Of a stretch of 64,000 nt of DNA, positions 10,485 through 19,852 are shown one piece after another. Position 1 is the first letter of the stretch; each line of letters opens with the position of its first letter. A model generated the notes under the pieces. The model was not told where the DNA came from. It did not search any database and worked only from the letters and a program-made list of their open reading frames with translations. This DNA is from Candidatus Bathyarchaeota archaeon. GTDB lineage: Archaea > Thermoproteota > Bathyarchaeia > Bathyarchaeales > Bathycorpusculaceae. The translations under genes were made by a program, and so were the position numbers. Location: positions 1,088,001-1,152,000 of the forward strand of contig CAWEPZ010000011.1 of assembly GCA_963811105.1 (NCBI GenBank). The letters run 5' to 3'.

Positions 10485-10589
10485 GACTAATAACTCTTTT
10501 GCTATATACTCCAGAGTAAACTTGGTTATGCAATAGCGTTTTTAAGTATTTTTCGCGATAACTCATTTCTTAATACAAGATGAACCAAA

Positions 10590-11535
10590 ATGTCAGAACA
10601 ACAAACAAATGAAGTTCTGCGGAGAAACCAAACTGGCGACGTCAAAGGAAAAATCATCGAATACGCCTGGTGGCTCAAAAAAGACGGAAAAAGCGACTCA
10701 ACAATCCTAGGAAGAACAAAAATACTCAGAGTACTCACAAAACGAGGCGCAAACCTCTACGACCCAGAAAGCATCAAAGAAATAATAGCAAAACAACCTT
10801 GGAGCAACGGCAGAAAAAACAACGCAGTCGACGCCTACTCATCATTCCTAAGAATGGTAGGCGGCAACTGGGAAGCACCACTACTACCAAACAATCCGAA
10901 AGCTACCCTTCATCCCAAAAGAAACCGAAATAGACCAACTTATTGCAGGATGCAGCAAACGCATGGCAACCTTCCTACAAATGCTAAAAGAAACAGGCGC
11001 AAGATGCGGAGAAATCTGGCGACTCAAATGGGACGACATAGACTTCGAAAGCAAAGTCGTAAACATAACACCCGAAAAAAACAGCAACCCACGAGTAACC
11101 CATCTCAGCAACAAACTCCTCGAAATGCTCAGACAACTGCCAAAAAACTATGGAGAACAGAGTCTTTTCCCACCCACACATGCGAGTCGACAACCACGCC
11201 GTAACACTTTCAACAACAACGAAAACGAATAGCACAGAAAATCGGTAACCCAAGACTACTAAAAATCCACTTCCACACCTTCAGACACTGGAAAGGAACA
11301 ATGCTCTACCACGAAACCAAAGACATGTACTACGTAATGCAAGCGCTTAGGCCACAAAAACATCAAAAACACGCTCCTCTACGTCCAACTCGAAGAAGCA
11401 CTATTCCAAGGCGAAACAGACTACATCTCAAAAGTAGCTAAGACTGAAAAAGAAATCTGCAGCTTAATCGAAGCAGGCTTTGAATACGTCACTGAATTTG
11501 AAGGCTCAAAATCTTTAGAAAAAGCAAGACTTTAA
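10590..11535 (+). pseudogene. Tyrosine recombinase/integrase, interrupted by several frameshifts (pseudogene or sequencing error)
   Basis: Pieces across frames give TGARCGE (R), PEKNS (K), HTFRH, LGHKN and TLLYVQ (Y), the full catalytic set. Confidence 0.9.
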
Positions 11536-11595
11536 GCATGAAAAACCAAGAAATCAGCTCATCGGCGGGACCCCCTAGTATGTTTTATTTATATA

Positions 11596-11683
11596 TGGTG
11601 CAGGGGGTGGGATTCGAACCCACGAACGCCTACGCGATAGGGTCCTAAGCCCTACTCCGTTGACCTGGCTTGGAGACCCCTGC
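11596..11683 (-). tRNA. tRNA-Leu(TAG), CCA encoded
   Basis: GCAGGGG acceptor stem, TAGGG-CTTAGGA-CCCTA anticodon arm, long variable arm, GTTCGAATC T-loop. Confidence 0.95.
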
Positions 11684-11844
11684 CCAATCTTATTCTTTGA
11701 GAATACGTTTAGCACTCATTAATATTTATTTACCCCTTGTGCCGAGCGATGGTAGCTTATTCTATCCCTAATAGATAAAGAAAATTCCAATCGACCGTAA
11801 GCTCTTTATTTAGAAGAGCTGTTGTTTCAAAGAGAAAATGATTT

Positions 11845-11921
11845 GCCTTCGTAGCCTAGCCCGGTGGGGCGTTACCTTGGTAAGGTAATGGTCGCGGGTC
11901 CAAATCCCGCCGAAGGCTCCA
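11845..11921 (+). tRNA. tRNA-Thr(GGT), CCA encoded
   Basis: GCCTTCG/CGAAGGC acceptor stem, TTACC-TTGGTAA-GGTAA anticodon arm; T-loop TCCAAAT. Confidence 0.93.
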
Positions 11922-11932
11922 ATTTCCACCTT

Positions 11933-12178
11933 CTATTCAATAAAAGAGACGTGATTTAAGCTCTTTTGATTTTGCTGACCGTTACTAAATTTTGTAACAT
12001 GGTTACTAAATTCTGTAACACTTAATCCGTTGATGCCAATTCCCCGCAGCTCGCAATAATGCGATTTGAGTCGGAAATCCTCAACCTTTCCGTTAACTCG
12101 ATAACGCATTAGAAGTCGGTAATCTGCGTCAAAGCGCTCAGGGTTCCTAAGAAATTCAATTTCCGTCTTGCTTAACAT
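11933..12178 (-). CDS. Small protein, candidate int(N) fragment of the split integrase
   Basis: 81-aa ORF ending 11 bp from attL in the same orientation as int(C); not in frame with att as sequenced. Confidence 0.45.
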   Translation of the reverse strand: MLSKTEIEFLRNPERFDADYRLLMRYRVNGKVEDFRLKSHYCELRGIGINGLSVTEFSNHVTKFSNGQQNQKSLNHVSFIE

Positions 12179-12435
12179 TCTATCGCCTAAAATTAGTTTG
12201 AGACGCTGGCATATTTAACCTATTTATTTTCCAAAAAGCTCATTAATTTACACAAATTTTCGCAACAAACACTACTATGGAGATTTGGGTGAACCGAGTA
12301 TAATATAGTAAGTGATTCACCCTGTTTTCTATAGGATAAGAGTCTTTGCAAATAGTCATGACAAATTTCTTGTAAATAGAGGGCGTAGAGGTGTCAAAAT
12401 ACGGGCCATTCTTTCTTCATGACAAAACGTCTCCT

Positions 12436-12812
12436 TCAATGGATTTCCAAAGGTTCACGGTGTTGAACATTTTGGTGTTTTTTCTTTTTAGCGTGAACGT
12501 TTCTGTAAGCTGTATTTTTTTGTCCCAAATGAGTTTTGGATTCACCAGTTTTATGAAAGAACCAAAATCGCATGTATAGCGCACATAGAAGAAAAACAAC
12601 TACAAGCGCTATTACACCAAAGCCCATTATACATCCAAAGGCTAATGTTACAGCGGAGCCTCCGAACAATAATGCGATTGAAATCAAAAATAAAAATCTG
12701 TAATAATCATCCTTTAGCTTGGCTGCCGCAGAAATTAGACCTTGCGGTAATGAAAAACATCCTAAACGACTTTTGACTATCTTGTTTCCTGTTTTCTTGA
12801 CCGTGTTTCCAT
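12436..12812 (-). CDS. Small 2-TM membrane protein, paralog of 15653..16042 (start region frameshifted)
   Basis: Frame reads ...SRLGCFSLPQGLISAAAKLKDDYYRFLFLISIALLFG... upstream of the ORF-track start 12687; ATG at 12812 is out of frame. Confidence 0.65.
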
Positions 12813-12993
12813 CTCTATATTGTTAAGCTTGACTAAATAGTTGCCAAACTACTAACAACAATGTTCAAACAGCTCCTAAAACGCTACTCGCTGAATACCC
12901 ATAACCATGCTTTCAAGTAATTGGAATAAAGAAATGTATGAATACTTGGAATAGATTTCTTTATTACTTAGGGTATGGTTATTAAGAATAAGA

Positions 12994-14050
12994 ATGCTGA
13001 ATTCTATGTGTCACAAGAATATTCTCAAAGTATGCCCTTGTGAAGAAAACTGCAAACAAAAAAGACATACAGCAGTCAATTTAATATTAAAAAAGGGCGC
13101 ATGTACTTCTAAAGATTTGCATAACTTTCTTTATGGCAAATTGGGTGTTTATGCCCTCAGAAGCAGCATTGAATATTTAACCACTGGGAAGTGCAAATTG
13201 GTCGATGTTTTTGGTATTTCTACTAACCAAAAGCCACCACAGTTTGGAAAAAGAGGACGGTTATTTTATTCAAGAGCATTTCCGGCAACATTTTTGAATA
13301 GCGTCGTTGTAGATCTCTTGGCACCTCTACAAAAAAGGATATTGAAAAAATTTTCGGACCTTAATGATCAGATTTATTATTTCTCGCTATATGATCTTCG
13401 GCGTATAGTACCTTCGTCCGGAACCGAGATTGACTACGCTCTTGGAAGATTAGTCAGGCACGGTTTATTATGCAAAGTTATCTTCTTCAGGAACAGATTT
13501 TTACATTAAACCAATTCATGTCTCGAAATTTACAAAAGAGGAAAAGCAAGTAGTAATCGATAACAAGACAGAATATGCGGTTGCAAAAGCTGTTCATGAG
13601 CTTATTATGCACCTTTACCCAAAAGACATTATCACAGATTATCATGGCAGGATTCGACCTAAAACTCAAGATATTTTAATAGTCACCGGAGGAATGTCTT
13701 TTGACCTTTTTTACCAATTCAGAGATCCAATAGTTGGTAAAAGTTACTTGGCCGTAGATGTTTACACGAGATTTCCAGTTAGCGGTTTTATAATTAACAC
13801 TTTTGCTAAAAAAATAGAATGGGCTAAAACCGGACCAAGGAAAAATTCTACTAATTATCTCAAAGATAAAACACATGGAATGATAGTATTCCTAAATGCT
13901 ACCAGGAAAGCTATGCCAACCGCTAAACGATTAGAAATTAAGTTACTTCGTGTTTTTGATGATTTAAGAATTGATTATAAAGCAATACGTCAAGAAATAG
14001 AAAAGAACAATGATGGTTGCTCAACAGACATATCAATTAATACTTTTTGA
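12994..14050 (+). CDS. Cys-cluster/wHTH protein with C-terminal restriction-endonuclease-like fold (frameshift ~13487)
   Basis: ORFs 12994..13509 and 13607..14050 join via an open frame SGTDFYIKP...AVHELIM; C-terminal SFDL...LAVDVY...GMIVFLNATRKA pattern. Confidence 0.6.
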
Positions 14051-14056
14051 TTTTTC

Positions 14057-15065
14057 TGCTGTGTTGAATGACTTAAATAATAGTTCTGTGCAGAACGGAT
14101 AGATTATGAGTTATTTAAGAGATTGGAATAGCTACAACGAAGCGTTAGTGAAAAGAGGCTTAATTCTTCTTGATTTAGATTTTGTTGCAAGCTGGTCAAG
14201 AGAACCTAAAGCAATGAACGAGAGCAAAGAAGGCGGCAAGATACCGCTACCCAGAATCCTTCATCAAGCTATTAGCGGTCGTGCATACCTATGTTTTGCC
14301 TTACAGGCAACTGGAAGGCTTCATGCGAGGTTTAAGCCAGTATGTTGATGGCCTAAAAGCGCCAGACTACATACCATCAGATGGCGAATTGCCAGAATGA
14401 AAGTTGACGTGGCCTCATCTGTAGAGTTGGATAAAGACGTCACAATCGCTGTGGACTCAAGCGGCATAAAAGTCTCAAACCGAGGGGAACGGATCCATAA
14501 GAAGCGGAGAGTCCAGAGAGGCTTCATTAAAGTGCATATTGCCGTTGATACGAAGACCAAGCAGATTTTAGCAATTGAAATTACTAAAGAGGACGTTGGA
14601 GACGGACGCGTGCTTGGTAAACTGGTTAAGGGTTCAACTGGTATTGCGAACGTTAAGAAATTGATTGGTGATGGAGCATATGATTCTAAGAACAATTTTA
14701 GAATGGTCAGCGGAGTTGGATATTGAGCCTTTGATTAGGGTGCGCAAGAACGCTTCTTTGAAAGGTGGAGGTTGTATGCCTTGCAAGTTCACTGTTATGG
14801 AGCAACTGGGCAGTGATGGCTGGAAAAAGGAAAGGGTTATGGTTACCGGTGGATGGCTGAATCAGCTTTCTCATGTTTGAAGCGGACGTTTGGCGAGTAT
14901 ATTTGCGCTGTGAAGTGGCCTAACATAGTGAAAGAACTACTTTTGAAAGCTTCAATTTACAATCTTTTCATGAAAATGAACCTCAATCAATCTCTAAATT
15001 AGAAAGCGTAGGAGAAATGGTTCAAACTGTCACCCAAAGACAACTCTCAGTCATTCAACACAGCA
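14057..15065 (+). mobile_element. IS5-family insertion sequence (ISH1/IS903-like), 1009 bp
   Basis: 17-bp perfect TIRs tgctgtgttgaatgact (14057-14073) and agtcattcaacacagca (15049-15065); 8-bp TSD gatttttc (14049-14056, 15066-15073). Confidence 0.93.
14106..15002 (+). pseudogene. IS5-family DDE transposase, frameshifted
   Basis: DWNSYNEALVKRG, AVDSSG, KVHIAVD, IGDGAYD, W.AESAFS..KR.FG motifs spread over several frames. Confidence 0.9.
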
Positions 15066-15347
15066 GATTTTTCCAGTACACGTTTTTGGCAAAGTAAAAC
15101 TTAGTCAACTTCAAATCTTAACCGTCAACTACCTGTTAGGGTAACAATTACTGCCATCTGTGATGAGGTACCTTCGACCTTATACAGATAACCCAGTTCC
15201 CTTTATGCCCATAAAGGGGGTGAAAATAACGCCCTGTTAATAGCTCGATCTAATGCCCGATTTGGGCTTAGTTCATTCAACTCACATAAACTGTTTTGGA
15301 GCCTCCGACCAATACCAAAAAAACAATTGAGGAAAGGCTGGCTAAAC

Positions 15348-15521
15348 AGTTAATTGTAGTTGAAGTTAAAACGGTCGAATTGCCAAAAGGAGCTCAGTTT
15401 GTCTCTCTCATCTAAACCAATTCGGGAGGCTTGGGCTCATGAGAAAATTAAACCTGAATATGCTCCAAAAATAGTTTATAGGAGTTAAAGCTAAGACGGT
15501 CGGATTGGCAAAAGGAGCTCA
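15348..15521 (+). repeat. Imperfect 49-bp direct repeat pair
   Basis: 15348-15396 vs 15473-15521, 41/49 identical by manual alignment. Confidence 0.75.
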
Positions 15522-15652
15522 AATTAAAAGATGCATCAATTTCTAAGGTTTTGCAAACGGAATCTAAAAGTCGGAAATATAGAAATGTCTCCCGTACAGA
15601 AGCTCGAAACTTTCGGTTATAACCTTGATAGAATTCTGGACAAAATTTTGGT

Positions 15653-16042
15653 TTAACAATAACTCAAAACACATCTGAATGCTCGCTGCGTTTTATTGCT
15701 TAACCAAGTCTCGTTGTCTTCTTCTTTTAAGATGCGATAATCATCAGCATAATGACCTTTTTTCTCATAATTTTCTGGAGAAAAACGGAAACGTATGTAA
15801 AGGGCAGAAATGGCAAAAGCTATAACTAAAGCAACGACAACAACCCCAAATGCAGGTCCATAAGCAATCGCTACTATGGTTGAGCTGAATAACAAAGCCA
15901 CAGTCATTAAAAGTAAAAACTTGCAATAGTCATCTTTTAGCTTGCCTGCAGCAGAAATTAGTCCTTGCGGTAACGAAAATCGATTTAATCGACTATTATC
16001 TTTCCTTTTTCCGCAAGTTCTTTTACCCGTTTTCTCACCCAA
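15653..16042 (-). CDS. Small 2-TM membrane protein, paralog of 12436..12812
   Basis: Shares FSLPQGLISAAxKLKDDY and the TM hairpin ending ALY.RF.F. Confidence 0.7.
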   Translation of the reverse strand: MGEKTGKRTCGKRKDNSRLNRFSLPQGLISAAGKLKDDYCKFLLLMTVALLFSSTIVAIAYGPAFGVVVVALVIAFAISALYIRFRFSPENYEKKGHYADDYRILKEEDNETWLSNKTQRAFRCVLSYC

Positions 16043-16168
16043 TTTTAACTGTCAAGTACTAACCACACAGTAACAAATACCTTAATACTTAATAAACTTA
16101 ATGGTTAATAAGATGTTGAGAAATTAACAACCAGACAGTAGCATTTAAATGCTTAGAGTACATTAATC

Positions 16169-18335
16169 ATGACCATCATGAGCCTAACTAACCAATTCAT
16201 AGATAGTTACGTTGGGAATCCTCAATACTTAGAATTACTTAGGGCAATGCTTGGGCTAACGCAATACGAAGGAACTGCTTTCATTGCTCTTGCTTTAACG
16301 GGAGAGGCTTCAGCTACACGAATTGCAGATACCGGCGGCATCCCCCGACCAAAAATCTACTCAACCCTTAATTCATTGAAAGACAAAGGCCTGGTTGTGG
16401 AAGTCCATGAGCAATACAAAGTTAATGTCAGTCAAGTTGAAGAACTATTGCATAAGTCAAAGGATTTACTCGACGGTTTCCAGAAATTTATTGAGCGAGT
16501 GCTTATATATTCCAGAAGCTCCGCTACAAAAGTCCAGGCGATAAAATCTATTCTTAAGGAAGCCATCCAAAGTAGTGGTTATCATAATGTCCCAATCGAC
16601 AGTGAAACTGCTTTTCACGATGGCAGGTTCGAAATGTACATTGAGCGCGCATTTTTGGATGGTCATCGCACACGAGATCTAAACTACAGCAGATTCCGAG
16701 AAATAGCCACTAAGAAATCGTATTTTATTGATGACTTAATCGAATCAAGCACCTCAGGCATTAAGGTTTCAATAAACGTCCTTTCAGAAGAGAAATATCA
16801 AACTACGAGCAAAGATATGCTTATCCCAGGAATTTTAGCAACAGCTGCGACATTCAGATGCGAAGCTGCGATTTTAATTGTGCTTCCAGAAGTGAATATA
16901 ATTGAAAGATTTGAAAGGGTTCAAGCAAAATGGGCTCCAAAACTATTTGTTATGTCAGCGCACGAACCTGCAATCGAAAAAGATGTATATCGAATTCTTT
17001 CGGATCTTGACAGAAACTGGTTAGACGCAAAACGACAAGTTAATAAAATTGGAACAGAAATTACGGAGCTAAAAATTCAATTAACATCAACACTAGATTC
17101 AACCTACCAACATGCTCGAGATGTCACCAATAAGGGTGGAAAACATAGGGAGCGCTACTTGGAAATTCTTGAGAGAATTCAAGCTGATCTAATTGCCTCA
17201 GAAGACATGTTATCAACAATTAGGAAAGATTTTGAGCCTATATCTGAGAGACTTGAGCAAGCTGGTAAAATACCTGACTCCGACCAAGTGACGATAATTA
17301 GTAATCGAGTTGATTCTTTGCGGGAAGACCTCAAAAGGAAGATTCAAGCGCGAGATCAACTACTTGAAGATATTTTAGCTCACATGAGAGGCGGGAAAGC
17401 ATACGTTGAATACGGATATGTTACTAACCCATTCGTCTTTACTGTTCCTCCCGAATATCCGAAAGATATTGTGAATCAATCAGAATCAAGACAACGATTA
17501 GAGACCTTCTTGAAAGATATGATGAAAGGGTCCTCACGTAATTTTGTTTTTGTATGCGCTGATGAAGGAATGGGAAAAACACATTTTCTGAACTTTTATG
17601 CAAAATCACTTAATGATAAAAAATTCGGAAACGCAATAGCCCTTCGATTGAACTGCAAGCCCAAATCAGACATTATTGACTTATACACCCAAGTTCCTTT
17701 GGCAATTTCACGTCTCGTTAAAGATAACATTCTCAAGGCCGAAGCCATAAAGACACTGGAAATGGCGGGTACTCCTAAAAATATTAATGACTTTATCAAC
17801 TTGCTTAGACTATTAAACTCAAATCTTGCGGAATCTGGGTTTCAAGGAATATTTCTGTTAATAGATGATTTTGAAAATACATTACCCACCGAAATATCAG
17901 ATTTGACACCGCGTTCAATTCTTCAGTTGACGGATATGGCAAAATTAGAAAACATGGGAATAGTGGTTGCCATGAGAGCTAAAAGTTGGGATTTGTGGAA
18001 TAAAGAAATCAGAAACAGGATACCCAAGATTGGCAGAATAAGTGTAATCAAACTTGAAAAGCTAGGGATCTAAAGAGACGCATGAATTACTGAAATACAG
18101 GTTGAGTGAAAAAGATGTTGAAAGGCAAAAAGAACCGCCTGAATTTGATTTATCCGTTTCAGACAAAATATGCGTCATTGGGCAAGGCATTCCGAGGCAA
18201 ATAATCTCAATTGCAAGAGAAGTTTTTAGAATTGCTGTTCTTGAGAATAAGAAAATAACTCAAGAACTCGTCGAAAGTGCAAAAAAACAAGAAGCAATTC
18301 TGAGTAGAGACTTATCCCAAAGTTCCAATACGTAA
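16169..18335 (+). CDS. TrmB-type HTH / coiled-coil / P-loop (AAA+/STAND-like) ATPase fusion, frameshift ~18065
   Basis: LGLTQYE...GIPRPKIYSTLNSLKDKGLV (TrmB HTH); NPF motif, ADEGMGKT Walker A, LLIDDFE Walker B; frame continues GSKETHELLKYRL into 18102..18335 (GIPRQII). Confidence 0.8.
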
Positions 18336-18424
18336 TATCCCACATATTCTAAACTTTTGTATCTTTTCCGCCTGAATAAGACCTCGACTGCCACGTCCTG
18401 TTGAAAGGTTACATAGAAATATCA

Positions 18425-19320
18425 CTACGTACCCATTTCTTCTGAAGCTTTCAACGTGTGTTCCCTAAGCTCTTTTATCGCTGGAGAAAAATAGTGCCTC
18501 ACGAATATGCTAGGTGGAATTCTTCCGCATAACAAGTCCGCCTCTTGTGCAACGAGGCCATGCTTAATCATAAAAGTGCCAAAGTAATCACGTAACTCAC
18601 TGATCCGACTGGGGATTTTGTGCCTATGCAGCCTTTTTATCAATCCTGGGTAAGTAACACTTTGACTCTTCACAATTTCTGCAACTAATCTTACAGGTAC
18701 AATAGAAATGTAGCAGTTTTTGGTTCCCTGTAAGAACTGTTTCTTATAACGGAAATGTTCCAAGATTCCAAGTTCAGGATTAAAGTATTCACTTAATTTC
18801 CCTTGCTTAGAGAGCTCGATTATCAAATTAAAGCTCGCAATTCCCTCACCTTCCCGCAAACCAGTTACCTTCAGAAAGTTCAGCAGCAGGTTTTCTTCTG
18901 ATCTAAGAATAGGCTTAACTTTACTAAGCCATTCTCCAATGTCAGCGTTCTTATTGTTGTAGATGTCGGATGAAGGCGGCAAACACATCCGGTCTATTTG
19001 TTTTAACCCCATAACTTTTCAAAACTGCTTTTAATTGTTCGTAGAATCCAATGTATTTAGGCATTATTATTGGGCTCTTGATAACGTCGGTCTTAACAGT
19101 TGATTTAAAAGAATTGATCTGTCCGATATTTCCTGATTCAAGAGTGTATATGTACCGCTTAGCGTAACTCATAACTTTGGGCGCGGTCGGACTTTGCGTA
19201 CTTGCCATAAACAAAATTCTTGAATGCAACCCAATCAAAACTTGTAAAGTTCGGATAACCGATTTGATTCGAGCCTTGGTAAGGTAATGGTCGCGGGTCC
19301 AAATCCCGCCGAAGGCTCCA
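18425..19320 (-). pseudogene. SSV1-like integrase C-terminal part int(C), 2 frameshifts
   Basis: Frame opens through att (WSLRRDLDPRPLPYQG...); TGLREGE, GTKNCY, ELRDYF, CGRIP, RHYF motifs. Confidence 0.85.
19274..19320 (+). repeat. attR (3' half of tRNA-Thr)
   Basis: 47/47 identity to 11875-11921. Confidence 0.95.
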
Positions 19321-19386
19321 CTTCTGTTTTAAAAAAATCGGTTATTTGCTCGAAATTTAAATACGGTAATCACTAATAGCTATATT

Positions 19387-19659
19387 ATGGCATTTCAGCT
19401 TGTTCCTTTTCCAATTTCAATCATTTTTGCTCTTGTCTTCGGAGTCGCGGTTATAGCCGTTCTATGGAGGCTTCGTAAAAGGGGAAAATTCTTCTTAATC
19501 CTATTTTATTTAAGTCTTATAATTGGGGTTGCAGTGTTTGCTTTGCTTTTTTATTCAATAGCGACAGGTTTGCTGAATTCAAATCCGCAAACAGGAAATC
19601 TTCATCAGCCTATTTTGTCTCAAAATGTCACTCAGATTATTCTCTTGTTCTTGATTTGA
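19387..19659 (+). CDS. Small membrane protein
   Basis: 90 aa, two hydrophobic helices. Confidence 0.55.
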   Translation: MAFQLVPFPISIIFALVFGVAVIAVLWRLRKRGKFFLILFYLSLIIGVAVFALLFYSIATGLLNSNPQTGNLHQPILSQNVTQIILLFLI

Positions 19660-19852
19660 TTTGAAAAAGATTGTTGTTTAGCTATGCCTCTTTTTGACAA
19701 CCAGCGCATCGTTGCTCTAGCGAATGGTTCCAACCCCATCCTTTTGGTTCTTATCAGGCAAGTGTCTTCTTAAGCTCAAACAGAACGGATTCACTCTTGA
19801 AAACGTTCTTATGCCATGCTTACAAATATTTTCCTGAAGAGAGAGGGTAAGC

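Larger units (their letters stand above)
8868..11621. mobile_element. Small integrative element at tRNA-Leu 3' end (~2.75 kb)
   Basis: 24-bp direct repeat gtgcagggggtgggatt(t/c)gaaccc at 8868-8891 and 11598-11621, enclosing a tyrosine integrase. Confidence 0.8.
11875..19320. mobile_element. Integrated element (~7.4 kb) at tRNA-Thr with SSV1-type split integrase
   Basis: Perfect 47-bp direct repeat 11875-11921 / 19274-19320; integrase reading frame runs through the att copy. Confidence 0.92.

Noticed and set aside
15297-15307. tggagcctccg resembling an inverted tRNA-Thr 3' end (secondary att)
   Set aside because: Only 10/11 match; too short to exceed chance.
19274-19320. Split or second tRNA-Thr gene
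   Set aside because: Only the 3' half is present, identical to the intact gene and adjacent to an integrase, so it is explained as attR.
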